A DNA stretch of 64,000 bases from Octopus sinensis (Eukaryota): contig NC_043008.1 of the NCBI RefSeq assembly GCF_006345805.1, forward strand, positions 76,880,001 through 76,944,000, in the 5' to 3' direction. Shown here in pieces: positions 1 through 12,626 of this stretch. Under the pieces are notes generated by a model. The model was not told the DNA's origin, did no database searches, and saw only the letters and a list, made by a program, of their open reading frames with translations. Both the position numbers and the translations under genes were made by a program. Position 1 is the stretch's first letter; each line of letters opens with the position of its first letter.

Positions 1-2
1 TA

Positions 3-299
3 GATAAAGGAAAAAAGGAAACGAAGATCATAGACATTGCAATATCTGGAGATGCACGGATAAGTGACAAAGAACTAGAAAAGCTTGAAAAGTACAGACT
101 GCAAAAAGGGAAAATTTCAAGAATGTGGACTATGAGGAGAGTGTCTGTCATTCCAGTAGTTGTAGATACACACGAAGCACTAACAACCAAGTTCCAGAAA
201 TATATCAAAGAAATCGGAATTGACATGAGAACAGAGCTAGCCCACAAAACTGCTCTATTGGGGACAGCTAGGATTTTGAGATTGGTACCTATATGTTGA
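3..299 (+). pseudogene. C-terminal restriction-like endonuclease (RLE) region of an R4/Dong-like non-LTR retrotransposon, cut by the window edge
   Basis: Manual translation from nt 3: DKGKKETKIIDIAISGDARISDKELEKLEKY...VIPVVV...KTALLGTARILRLVPIC*, matching the IDxxxxxD...EKxxKY...IPVVV...LGTARILR pattern of RLE retrotransposons. Confidence 0.8.
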
Positions 300-371
300 A
301 TGTCTCCCACGATAATCAACAACCAAATATAAAAGCTTATAATGTGTGGAACGTGACCCTGTGAAGGGACT

Positions 372-704
372 AGTCGATAACATCGACCCAGTGCTTCACT
401 GGTATTTAATTTATTGACCCCGAAAGGATGAAAGGGCAAAGTCGACCTCGGCTAAGCGCTTCGCCTGCATGCTAATGATTCTGCCAGCTCACCGCTTTAA
501 TAATAATAATAATAATAATAATAAAAATTCTTTCCACTATAGACACAAGGCCTGGAATTTTGGGGGAGGGGGCAAGTCGATTATATCGACCTCAGTACTC
601 AACTGGCACTTAATTTATCGATCCCGTAGGATGAACGGCAAAGTAGTCCTCGGCGAAATTTGAACTCACCCAGTCTGTGAACGGTTCTGCCTACTCGCCG
701 TCTT

Positions 705-758
<54 letters not shown>

Positions 759-978
759 CCTTTCTACTGAAGGCACAAGGCCTTGAAATTTGCGGGGTGG
801 GGACTAATTGATTACATCGACCCCAGTGCTTCATTGGTTCTTAATTTATTAACCCCGAAAGAATAAAAAGCAAAGTCGACCCCCCCCCCGCGGTATTTGA
901 AATCAGAACGTGAAGACAGACGAAATACCAGTAAGCATTTCGGCCGGCGTGCTGACGACTCTGCCGGCTCGCCTTCCT
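372..978 (-). mobile_element. Cluster of three tRNA-derived SINE copies (family A; ~372-460, ~528-705, ~759-978) separated by (TAA)n
   Basis: Reverse complement of the head GGCGAGCYGGCAGA...TTCAAAT and the core TCATCCTTTCGGGGTCGATAAATTAAGTACCAG, which recurs more than 15 times in the window; tails are (TTA)n in SINE sense. Confidence 0.85.
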
Positions 979-1029
<51 letters not shown>

Positions 1030-1052
1030 TATTATTATTATTATTATTATTA
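979..1052. repeat. (TAA)n directly followed by inverted (TTA)n
   Basis: Direct reading; forms an AT palindrome at the 5' junction of the LINE. Confidence 0.95.
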
Positions 1053-3833
1053 GGTATGAAAAGCGTGTATGAAAAGCGAGGTATGAAAAGCGTGTTAGAT
1101 TTTTCAAGGACAACAACATGTTCAAAAATAACACCAAGAATTTTTACAGGAAGATAGGAAAAACAGCGTTTACTGCAGGGTCTGTACCATCAAAAGAAGA
1201 AGTGCAGAGATTTTGGAATAAAATCTGGGCAGAAGAAAAAACACACAACGAAAAGGCCCCCTGGATTGACAGAATATCTACAGAACTGGACCCCTTAGAA
1301 GAGCAAAAGTGGGAGGGTGTCAAGGTAGAAGATATAAGATCTGCTCTCAGGAGGTCAAGCAAATGGAAGTCTCCAGGAAAGGATAAAATTCCTAACTTCT
1401 GGCTGAATGCCTTCCCAGAGAGCCATGAACTGCTAACAGAACTGTACAATGATGTTCTGCAACACCCTAGTAGGATGCCTCCTTGGCTAGTTAATGGGTT
1501 AACATTCCTGCTTCCAAAAAATGAAGAAACAAATGAACCAAAAAACTATAGACCCATAACCTGCTTAACAACTATGTACAAAACTCTAACATCTGTCCTG
1601 ACGGAATATACCTATAGTTTTTTTAACAGACAGCAGCATATTCCCTAATGAACAGAAGGATGTAAACGTGGATCCTACGGCTGTAAAGACCAACTACTCA
1701 TCAATAAGATGATCTTAGAAGATTGTCACAAACGACACAAAAACTTATCAATAGCCTGGATAGACTATAAAAAGGCTTTTGATAGCCTACCACATAGCTG
1801 GATTAGGAAATGCCTTGAAATGTATAAGATAGCACCAACTCTGCGAAACTTCTTGACTGTAAGTATGAGATCATGGAGAACCACACTAACTCTGAACAGT
1901 GACAGTGAATCCCTAAATGCTGGTGATGTAAAAATTTCGTGTGGCATTTCCCAGGGTGACTCACTGTCACCACTCCTCTTTTGTTTATCCTTAATACCTC
2001 TCTCAAAGCTGCTCAATGACGCGCAGTACGGGTATAAAATGTTTGATAAAAATATAAATCATCTCGTTTACATGGATGATTTAAAGCTTTTTGCAAAAAA
2101 TGATCAACAACTCAAGCGATAGTCAAACAATTCAGTGACGACATCAGAATGCAATTCGGCCTCGATAAATGTGCAAAGGCTACCTTTATCAAAGGAAAAA
2201 TGACAGAAACATCTAACGTTAACCTTGACCAACAGAATGTCATAAAAGAACTACAAGTACCTAGGGGTAATTGAAGGGAACGGAATAAGGCATTCAGAGA
2301 TGAAGGAGAGGATCAGGAGAGAATGCTATCGAAGAGTGAGAGCAATACTCAAGACAGAGCTGAATGCAAGAAACAGGATCGAAGCAATCAATGCATTAGC
2401 TATACCAGTCGTGACTTACAGTTTCAATATTGTTAACTGGTCAATTACTGAAATATGTCAGCTCGACAGAAAAATAAGGAAACTGTTGACAATGCATAGA
2501 ATGCACCACCCTAAGGCAGATACAGAACGACTCTATCTGCCAAGAAAAGAGGGAGGCCGTGGTCTTTTGCAACTGGCAATAACAATGAAGATTGCTACAA
2601 TTGGCCTAGACACCTACCTGAAAAACTCTGAGGACTGGATGTTAAAACTTGTCTCAAAACATGAAAACAAGAAAGCATCATACTCAGTCACAAAACAGGC
2701 AAAGGAATATCTAAGTGAATTCCGAATACAACCAATTTCGGAATTAGAGATAGACATACAAGAAACAAGCACAGAAAAAGCTAGGCGCATGAAAACCCGT
2801 GCCAAAACTGCAGCCTTAGATATTCTGAATAATAAATGGCAAGAAAAACCTCTCTACGGCAAATACCCAAAGAGAGCGAATAATGCAGATATCGACAAAG
2901 CCCTGACCCATCAATGGCTAATGGCCTCTGGCTTAAAATCTGAAACAGAGGGGTTTATCATAGCAGCTCAAGATCAATGCCTACCAACAAGAAACTACCA
3001 GGCCAACATATTAAAGATCAGAAGCAGTCCAACGTGTCGTGTATGCAAGCAACAAAATGAAACCATTGACCATGTGGTCTCCAAGTGCAGTCTTCTAGCG
3101 CCTACAGAGTATCTCAACAGGCACGATAGAGCTGCACAATATATTCACTGGGTAATCTGTAAAACCTGGATTTGCCCCATGAAAAAAACTGGTGGGAACA
3201 CAAACCACCCCCAGTGCTTGAAAATGACCACATCTCACTCCTCTGGAACTTCACCATTCAAACTGACAGGAAGATAGATGCAAATAGGCCAGACATCATA
3301 TTGAAAGACTTCAAACAAAGAACATGCCTCCTCATTGATATGACTGTCCCAATCGATATAAACGTATCTGTCAGGACCTACCAAAAACTGAGCAAATATA
3401 AAGATCTTGAAATAGAAATCAGCAAAATGTGGAAGCTGAAGACTAAAACAATACCTGTTGTCATAGGTGCCCTGGGAATGATAGCAAAAGGGGCTGATAG
3501 CTACCTAACTCAGATACCAGGAAACCCAAAAATGGCAGAAGTTCAAAAGATAGTGCTCATGGGAACTGCTCATATCCTACGCAAAATACTCTCTATGTAA
3601 CCTCAAGGTTTAAAACAACCATAATTTTCGGTTTAAAAGGAAAAAAAAAAAAAAAAAACTTTTTTTTTTAGACATTCATTAGTACAACATCCCCACCCCC
3701 CAAATATATGGCACACTAGGCATAACAACAACATGAACTTCCAACCCTGTTGTCTCTTGAGGTCTCTGGGTGAGACTTGGAGCCAACTTGTACAAATATA
3801 AAGCAAAAGTCAAACATAGAATAATAATAATAA
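1053..3833 (+). mobile_element. 5'-truncated R4/Dong-like non-LTR retrotransposon (family A) with 3' UTR and (AAT)n tail
   Basis: RT, CCHC and RLE coding remnants; 3' UTR 3601-3820 is nearly identical to the minus-strand copy at 62740-62950; ends in GAATAATAATAAT. Confidence 0.92.
1118..3600 (+). pseudogene. Frameshifted RT-CCHC-RLE polyprotein (ORF pieces 1118-1648, 1709-2122, 2300-3277, 3172-3600)
   Basis: Motifs [82 protein letters not shown]; about 4 frameshifts or small deletions. Confidence 0.92.
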
Positions 3834-3835
3834 AT

Positions 3836-4390
3836 CCAAACTAAAACTAGAACAGCAACGGATCATGATAAAACGATGGCAAGAAATGCCCTTTTATGGT
3901 AAATACTAGGTTAAACTAAACACAAAAGAAATAAGCAAAGCAAAATCACAACAATGGTTGAGGAGCTCAGGACTCAAAGCAGGGACTGAAAGATTTTTAA
4001 TTGCAACACAAGATCAAAGCCTTGCTACCAGAAATTACCAAAAACATAATGAAAAGAAGCATAACAAGAAACTGCAGAATATGTGGACAAAAAAACAATA
4101 AACCATATTGTTTCTGGCTGCCCAGTCCTCGCTAAGAAGGAATATATTCACAGACAAGACAGAGTTGGGACCTATAATCACTAGAAGCTATACCAACACT
4201 ATGGAATAACAACAGAAAAAAGATCGTATAGGCACACGTCAGAAAAGGTCACAGAAAATGAGAAAGCAGCCATACTATGGGATATGCCAATACTCACAAA
4301 TAGAGAAATTAAGGCTAATAAGACGGATATAGTTCTCAGAGATCATCAAGAAACAAAAAAATGCTTTCTAATTGATGTATCAATCCTTAT
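3836..4390 (+). mobile_element. Degenerate fragment of a second RLE retrotransposon family (family B)
   Basis: Remnants read WLRSSGLKAGTERFLIATQDQSLATRNY and IVSGCPVLAKKEYIHRQDRVG; similar to 21520-22272. Confidence 0.8.
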
Positions 4391-4810
4391 CGCATACCCT
4401 GTTGTGAACATGTCCCTTGGTGGCTGATGATATGTGCATCTCTGATCACGAGAAGTAGTAGGGAGCATCATAGCCATGTGTTGAGAGGAATTATTTGGAG
4501 TTTGGATAATTCTCCCTTGGAAACATGGGTGTTTCGTTCAATATCCTTAAACAAACCTTATTCAGGAACCTTTTGAGCGGGATGGGTTACTCGACCAGAA
4601 AGAAATTCTAACTGAGCCTCACCTGTAAGGTCATGTGCTGTTTATCGTGATATGAGATCACCATGTCGCGCACATATGGTTGTGGCGTATGCGCCTGGTG
4701 TACCCTTATCAGACAGGTAGTCATGATGGGTATATAGGGCTTCGTATATTTTACCCCAGTGTCACTTTGATAGCATGCACTGGTCTCTCACTCAATAATA
4801 ATAATAATGA
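4390..4810 (+). mobile_element. Unclassified non-coding repeat, probably a retroelement 3' end with (AAT)n tail
   Basis: More GC-balanced block that interrupts the LINE fragment and ends in CTCACTC(AAT)n; only one copy in this window. Confidence 0.35.
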
Positions 4811-5729
4811 TGATGATGATGATGATAATAATAATAATAATAATAATGATAATAATAATAATCGCAATGGTTACAAATTTTGGCACAAGTCCAGCAGGAA
4901 GGAATTAGTGGATTACATCGACCCGCCAGATTTTGAATTCAGAAAGGAAACCCGAAACAGAAAAACTGAATAAAAGTTTCTAATCAATTTGAGAAATATA
5001 AGATTTTATGGTATTATGAGCATCATGAAGTAGTCTTTAATTTATGACATATCTTAGGGCCTCTATTTACCAGACTTCCAGTACCTCTCTTCCTCACACT
5101 CTCTTCTTAACCCCTTTGTTTAGTTTTGTTTCATTCACACTACTTTTGGAGGTCTGTCTGTGTATATATGAGTATATGCGTGTGTATATCTATCTAGCTA
5201 TTAATCTATATTTCTACCTATACATACATACATACATACATACATATACAGATACATATATAGATTAATAGTTGCACACTCATTCGGCATAACCCTCAAT
5301 CAGCCTTTGTTCCTATAACTACTCCATCCACTAAACCCTATTTCCACTGTTAAAGACACACCCGATCCCCAGGTCGAAAGTTTACAGCATCCCCTCCCAC
5401 CACCTAAAGCCCCCTATTTCTCAGCCACCTCACACCCCTTCACCATTGACCTAGTTCCCTATTTTAAACAAGAAACTTTCTACCGCCTTCTTAATCCCGG
5501 CGGCAGCTGTCGTCCGTACTGACCTATACAGTGTGACCTGATTCTGGGGCATTTTGCGTGGGAAGTTGGTATGTCGAGAGGAGGGAAGGGGTGGCGGTGA
5601 AACAGCCAGCCTTCTACTCTCCCTCACCAGCCGCACCACACCTTCATATCCTCACGTCTTACATTGGCTTAAAAATATGAATAGGATCGCGGCTGCTGTT
5701 ACTACTCCCTTCCTCCTCCTCCCCTCTTC

Positions 5730-5762
<33 letters not shown>

Positions 5763-7289
5763 TACTACTACTACTTCAGCTTCAACTGTTGCTACATGTT
5801 TAAGAAGGAGCGGGTACTTTATTCTATCCACCTTGGAAAATAAAAGGTAAAACTGAGGTCAGAGTTCAGAAATTATTTATAAAATTTGATGCAAAATTTA
5901 TGAGAAAGTAGTACTGACGGTTTGTCGTTTCTTATTTTATCGACCACAGAGGGATGAAAGAGAAGTCTACTCAACGTAGACGCAACTTTACCGTTGCTGC
6001 CACCCTCTAATAGGATAGCATTGAATATTGAGAAGACTGCAATCCCTGAATCACATTCACCACTTGGCAGACACCCATTCACAATTCCTATATCTGTAAG
6101 GTACCCATTGACACCCCGCCTCAATATCAGCTGTGTTCCTACGCCATCCTCCCCTTACTACCACTCCTCAGTCTAGCGGCCTTTGTAACCAATATTATTC
6201 TAGACACACAACATTCACTTTCCTCTTTGTTCCTAACTCCTCATTGCAGAGACAGACACGCACACACACACACACACACACACATTATACATAGCATCTA
6301 TCTAAGAAACAGCCTCTTTCTCTACAATTTTTTTCTTTTCTTTTACTCCGCTCGTTTAAACCCGCCCAGGATCAATTTTTTCTTGCTCCCGTCTTTCCTA
6401 CCCACAACAGCACCCTCAATCCAAATCCTTTTAATTCCTTCTTCCCACACAGCCTGCAGAAGTTCAGTGTGAATGCAAGTAACCATGTCAACTTCAACAA
6501 GCTTTCCTAAATTTCGTGACTAAATAGCTATGGGTACTTTCCTTGCCTGAGTAAAGAAAAATGTTTAGTCTCGAGGATTGATAAGTTCCAACTCCGTACA
6601 AGACATTAAGAATTATTTCAAATTCTGAACAACATTCGAACCGGAACTGCTCTGGAAATAATTCCAATACAATGCTCAGATCTATAAATCTATCAAAATC
6701 TACCATTGTGTCGTTAAAACTATCACATCACATTAGATGTAACTATAACTTAATCTTTCATGTATCAATGTAGGTTATATCCCTCAGTATCAGAGTTTTA
6801 CCATAGATAAAGCTAAAATATTTATATAATATTATTGAAATGACATTTAAGCCTGGTTAAGTACTTATTTAACTAAAATAACACCTGGAGGTCAACAACG
6901 ACACCAGCTACATTCCAGCTGATGAAGTCGAAGAAAATCAGAAATGTTTACTGTTGTCTCCCTTGCTTTGTTCGCAATAAGATTGTTTACAAATAACAAT
7001 TGTATAGAGAGGGCCAAAAGTCACGAAAGGCTTGCAATATTTAATAAGTTTTTTTAAAAATAAATTTCGCTTATTTTTTTTACAGATTTTATAAAAAAGA
7101 CCTTGGAGATGAACTACTGAAAAGTTCAGGAACTAACAGCAATGAAAAATTGTGAAATTTTATTATCAAAACTAAGGGTCAATAATTCAAAATCAACAAG
7201 TAGAACATTGCCGTCATGGCGTGAGGGATTCTCCAAGTAAATCAAGGATTAGTGCGCGCGCGCGTATGTGTGTATGTTTAATTGGTGGT

Positions 7290-7755
7290 TCGAGATAAAC
7301 CTGAAATGTGGTCCCAGCAGGACGGAGTCACAGCTCACATAGCAAGGACTACAATCCAACTGCTCAGGCATATTTTTGAAGGAGGAATAATTTCTTGCGG
7401 TTGCGATATATGCGTTCTTCATATCTAACGGCTACTGACTATTTCCTATGGGACTAGTTCAAGGAAAAAAAATTATGTTAACAAGCCTCAGACACTTCAA
7501 CAGCTTAAGATCAATATTCGGGCCGAAATCAGAGCACTGGAACCTGAAACATTAAGGATTGTCATGGAAAATACCTTAAAAATGCACGTTTGTGCGAAGC
7601 TGGAAACGGACGCCATATACGAGATGTGATTTTTCATACATAGTGTAATAAATTTATTTTATATAAGTACAGTATATGGTACTATGGCATTGTAAATTCA
7701 AAACAGAGTTATTAAACATTCAAACCTGTTCATGACTTTTGGCCCACCCCCTATT
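7290..7755 (+). mobile_element. Tc1/mariner transposase 3' remnant (DD37D/DD41D-like)
   Basis: Degenerate translation MWxQQDGVTAHIARTTIQLLRHIF...TDYFLWD..K.K.YVNKPQTLQQLKINIRAEIRALEPETL...; TIR-like end CATGACTTTTGGCCCACCC. Confidence 0.75.
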
Positions 7756-8129
7756 TATCCTAGTAACTGTATTTAACCCGACTGTAGTTATTTCTAATGT
7801 TGAAAACACTGAAAGTAATTAACCACAGGATTCTTGGTTTGTTTTTGTGAGGATTATGTGTCGAGAGGAGAAGTGAGAAGGTGTGATTTTCATACATGTG
7901 CAATAGGTATCGATGGTGTAAGTGCTTCGACGAGGAATTGACACTGCAACGTTGTCTTCGTTGACCAGAAGTACTTCACATCTCCGGTGAGAGAAATCTC
8001 GAAGACGGGGTTGGGTGCAAAGACAGTGAAGCAGCAGGTGCTAGTAGTGGGAGTAATAACGGAGCAATGGCTGGTGGGTAGTAGAGATAATGGAGGGAAG
8101 GAAGGTTGCACCAAGACTCGGATAGTATT

Positions 8130-8250
8130 CGCTACACCTGAGTAGACCTGGATAGCATGAAATGAAGTATCTTGCCCAAGAACAGCACACCGACTAGTCT
8201 GGAATTGAACCCACAACCTTCTGACTATGATACGCTAACCACTAGGCCAC
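8130..8250 (-). mobile_element. tRNA-derived SINE head (family B)
   Basis: Reverse complement reads GTGGCCTAGTGGTTAGCGT...GGTTCAATTCC...TGTTCTTGGGCAAGATACTT, with A and B boxes. Confidence 0.7.
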
Positions 8251-8379
8251 CACTTTTACACAGTCACGCAAACACACATACACGCATAAGATATCCACAC
8301 ATACGTACATATACTCATATACACAGGTATATACACATACACACATACGCGCGCGCACATACACATACACACATTGGAA

Positions 8380-8559
8380 ACTGTTATTGGTTGCTGCTTC
8401 TTTGCAAGCCTAGTACTTATTCTATCGGTTACTTTTGCTGAACCGCTAGTTTGGTGGGCATAAACACACTAATATCGGTTATCAAGTGATGGTGGGAGGA
8501 CCAGCACAAACACAAACACACACACACACACACACTCATAAATATAAAAAAACACACAC

Positions 8560-8594
<35 letters not shown>

Positions 8595-8716
8595 CGACGG
8601 GCTTCTTTCAGTTTCCGTCGACTCACAAGCCTTTGGTCAACCCGAGGGTAGTGAAACTGAACCCGGAACCATGTGGTTGGGAAGCAAGCTTCTTACTACA
8701 CAACTACTCCTGCGCT

Positions 8717-8720
<4 letters not shown>
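8380..8720 (-). mobile_element. SINE family C with internal (TA)n/(CA)n tract
   Basis: Homologous to 9395-9780, 23636-24056 and 51407-51805. Confidence 0.85.
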
Positions 8721-8785
<65 letters not shown>

Positions 8786-9394
8786 CAAAAAAAAACAAGA
8801 TGTATTAGTTTGAAACTCAGGAAAAATTGGAAAAGTCTTTGACGTTTCGAGCCGACGCATTTCTACAGAAAGGAATGAGGAGGGAAGGCAGATAGTAAGG
8901 GGATAATGAAGAGAAACAAAACGTTTCTGGATCAATGGCTGCACATGTTGGATTGATTGAACGGAAGTAAGTGGTTGGAAACACGGTTGGAGACGTGGGT
9001 GGCAAGGGAGACAACAGTGTTTGTGCACAAGCATGTGTGTGTATGTGAGGATAATGTCTGCACATGTATATGCATTTATGGACGAATGCATATGTATGTT
9101 TGTGTAAGCACGTGTGAATATGAAGATTATATGAACGTGTGTATTAGTATGTATGGGAGTGCGGGTATTTATGCGTGTGTTTGAGTGTACATGTGTAACT
9201 CTACTGTGTGCATGTGTATTAGGTGTGCTTATGGGCGTGTGTATGTGAACGAGTGTGCGTGTCCCTGGTTTCAGTTGGTGTGTGCATGTGGGGTTGTTGG
9301 ATAAAGTGCATGTGTAGGGAGTTAACATGTGTGTGTATATTTAGTATTTGTGCGTACGAATAACAACCCTCCCACACACACATGCAAACGCACT

Positions 9395-9780
9395 TTAGAG
9401 TGGTTATGTAGTAAAGAGCTTACTTACCAACCACATGGTTCAAGTTTCTGGCCCACTGCGTGACACCTTGGGCAAGTGTCTTTTGCCATAGCCTCGGGCC
9501 GACCAAAGCCTTGTCAGCAGATTTGGTAGACGGAAACTGAAAGAAGCCCGCTTATATATATATATATATGTATGTATGTGTGTGTGTGTGTGCGTGTGTG
9601 TGTGTGCGTGTGTGTGTGTGTGTGCGTGTTTGTGTGTCTGTGTTTGGTCCCACCACCATCGCTTGACAACCGATGCTGGTGTGTTTACGTCCCCATAAAT
9701 TAGCTGTTCAGCTAATAGAATAAATAAAGGCTTACAAAGAATAAGTCCTGGGTTGATTTGTTCGACTAAAGGCTGAAACA
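9395..9780 (+). mobile_element. SINE family C
   Basis: GAGTGGTTATGTAGTAAAGAGCTTACTTACCAACCACATGGTTC...GAAAGAAGCCCG(TA)n(TG)n...CTGAAACA. Confidence 0.85.
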
Positions 9781-9804
9781 GACAAAAAAAACGGAATATA
9801 TATA

Positions 9805-10150
9805 AATACTTTTCTACTCTAGGAACAAGGCCCGATATTTTTGGGGAGGGGGCCACTCAATTAGATTTCCCCCAGTACTTAATTTATTGACCCAGAGAGG
9901 ATGAAAAGGAAAATCGACATGGGTGGAATTTGAATTCGGAATGCAAAGCCAGACAAAATACCTATTTCTTTACTACCCACAAGGGGCCAAACACAGAGAG
10001 GACAAACAAGGACAGACAAACGGATTAAGTCGATTATATCGACCCCAGTGCGTAACTGGTACTTATTTAATCGACCTGAAAGGATGAACGGCAAAGTCGA
10101 CCTCGGCGGAATTTGAACACAGAACGTAGCGTGCTATCATTGCTGTCAGT
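9805..10150 (-). mobile_element. Dimeric SINE family A
   Basis: Two copies of the core joined by the linker TTTACTACCCACAAGGGGC...GGACAAACAAGGACAGAC. Confidence 0.8.
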
Positions 10151-10180
10151 TCGCCGCTTCTAAATGCATATGCATATGCA

Positions 10181-10435
<255 letters not shown>

Positions 10436-10602
10436 ATAAATGTGGAAAAACTTTTCTTCTAGTTTTTCTGAATTTAGTTATTTAATCGTTGCAGTTGGGG
10501 GGGTCTCGGGGTGGCCGAGGCGGTGCTGAAAGATTCACTATGAAGTTATCTTGGCATTTTCTGTTTTTGGCTTGTTTTTTCATATATATATATATAATAT
10601 AT

Positions 10603-10652
<50 letters not shown>

Positions 10653-10700
10653 ATTGGTGAATTGAAGAAATGGAGCTGAACGCAGATTGAACAGAAATCG

Positions 10701-10798
10701 TTTTATTTCATTCTACACGTGTTTCGAAAGGCACAAATTACCAAAATCCGATTGAATAATGGGACCATATTGTGTCTTTCTCTTCAGGAAGAAAAAAG
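10701..10798 (-). ncRNA. Type I hammerhead ribozyme (inverted copy)
   Basis: Exact reverse complement of 12627-12724. Confidence 0.8.
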
Positions 10799-11022
10799 GA
10801 AATCCGTTGGAAAAACAAAAACAGAACAGAGGCGGAGCAAAAAACAAGGACGGGAGCGCGGCGGATGCCGGGGTAGTCGCTCCCGCATTTAATTTAGCGA
10901 ACAAGGATAATTATCGGTCCGGGGGGGTCTTACACTACCCAAGACCCGTTATTCATCCGAGAATCACCCACCCGAATGCGAGAGCTGGCGTCCCCCCATC
11001 ACACTGATAGGAATAAGCATAT

Positions 11023-11487
11023 ATGGTTTGTAATCCCCTTGGTAAGCAGATTAGAACTAATCTCCCCCTCATGTTTAGACAAGCCATCGCCAATAACTTC
11101 CCCAGAAATTCCAAATATTACTCCACGGTTAACTCACATAAAGTTAGGATAGCTTTCTCCAACACTAAAAACCTCGCCCAGATAATCGCCTCCCATAATA
11201 ATAGGCTACTTACTAAGACCCTATCACCTTTTTCCGGAGGCACAGCCTCTTCCGCTCCCGGTTTAATGCTCAGTAGGAATAATTATAGTAGTAATAATGA
11301 TATGAGAGCCAGTACAGTGACACATAATCTCAGCTCCAGCCAGGGAGTACCCACTAGGGGTATAGTTATAAATAGGGGTGTTGTGGTTGACGGTAACAAT
11401 GGGAGTAGGGTAGAGAGCCCCATTAGCATCCCCAGCATCATTCCCGCAATAGCAGTACCACGGGCAGTAGCAATGACAGCACTCTGA
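11023..11487 (+). pseudogene. PLE thumb/linker remnant plus long low-complexity spacer
   Basis: HIWF/NPLGKQIRTNL...NFPRNSKYYSTVNSHKVRIAFSNTKNLAQIIASHNNRLL resembles the recalled PLE motif IIWFNPPxS..V.TN.G...FP......N...K.SYS...N...II..HN..IL; frameshifts at both ends. Confidence 0.7.
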
Positions 11488-12023
11488 TAGATAGTGGAGA
11501 ATCAGGGGTTATTCCTATAGTTAATAGTGACGTAGTGGAAAATAGAGTAGTAAGCGGCTGCAGGTCTCGGAACGAATATAGTGTCAGGAACGCAGTTCTA
11601 ATTTCAGAAACCAATCCTAGCAGATTAAGATTCACGTCGGCGAACTCCAAGATCAAAAACGCCGTCTACCAATGCAAGGTTTACACGGACTCAGATGCCT
11701 TCACTTATGTAGGGGTATCATCCTCAAGATTGTCTTTGCGTGTCTCCAACCATTACGCAACTTTTCGGGACGTGAACAAGCGCCAGACCACGGGACTAAG
11801 TAAGCTAATATGGCGACTGAAGGATGCGAACTTAAGCTATAGGCTGGAATGGTCAATTTTGTCGGTGGCCCTCCCATTTGATAGGGGCAGAAGACAGTGC
11901 AACCTTTGTGTCTCCGAACTCTTCCATATTTTGTTTGCCAGAGGCCGGATGGTAAACGGGCTCTTACAGTCGGCTTTTCGATGCCCCCATTGGCGGCGTT
12001 ACACTTATCTGGCCTTTAAATAG
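11427..12023 (+). CDS. GIY-YIG endonuclease domain of a Penelope-like element (frame open from 11427; track ORF 11535-12023)
   Basis: AVYQCKV...TYVGVSS...LRVSNH...TGLSKLIWRLK...LEWSIL...CNLCVSE...MVN...RCPH keeps the Tyr, YxG, Arg, Glu and Asn positions plus CxxC...CxH; no ATG of its own near the start. Confidence 0.8.
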   Translation, partial: HPQHHSRNSSTTGSSNDSTLIDSGESGVIPIVNSDVVENRVVSGCRSRNEYSVRNAVLISETNPSRLRFTSANSKIKNAVYQCKVYTDSDAFTYVGVSSSRLSLRVSNHYATFRDVNKRQTTGLSKLIWRLKDANLSYRLEWSILSVALPFDRGRRQCNLCVSELFHILFARGRMVNGLLQSAFRCPHWRRYTYLAFK

Positions 12024-12626
12024 CGTTTATAAATAATACCGGCACCCATAGCCCTTGGTAACAAATTCTGAAATAGCCTTTAAGATATCTACGATTGACC
12101 ACTGCAAGGGGAATTACTCCTGTAAGACAAACGGGGCTTGGTTTTTTCACAGCGGGGGGTTTCCTTGACAAGGTAGGCTTAGATGAACACACACACACAT
12201 AAAACATAATATATATATAAAATTTTTTTATTTTTTTCTTTCTGCCACCCAACGATTATCACAGCAGTAGCCACTGACAGCCGAACGATCAAACGCACAC
12301 ACGTACACAAAAAATGTTTTCTACCCCTACGCCAACACACACATATATAGAACAGTATACACACACACACGTCTCTAAGTAGATTTTTTCTCGCCACTTA
12401 TAAAACATCCAATATTCTTTAAATAGTCAGAACTTTATTCTCGGTCACAAAGAACATCTATACACCCTCACCCACATGATTTACCGATGCCTGACCCGTT
12501 GAATCTTCAGCCACCGGTTCTCATAACATACACTGATAAACAGTTTCGCCATGGGCTCTTAGGAGCACAGTTCGATTTGTTTTTTGCTCCGCCTCTGTTC
12601 TGTTTTTGTTTTTCCAACGGATTTCC

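Noticed and set aside
4425-4460. CTGATGA motifs at ~4425, ~6918 and ~34744 as possible hammerheads
   Set aside because: No paired stem II followed by GAAA and no stem I or III complementarity
7086-7155. Possible terminal exon after TTTTTTTTTACAG (FYKKDLGDELLKSSGTNSNEKL*)
   Set aside because: Too short, no homology recognised and no linked upstream exon identified
11485-12190. Selenocysteine read-through (TGA at 11485) with a SECIS in the PLE 3' UTR, as reported for some Naiad elements
   Set aside because: The TGA is followed immediately by TAG, the nuclease is in another frame, and no SECIS-like hairpin was evident by eye
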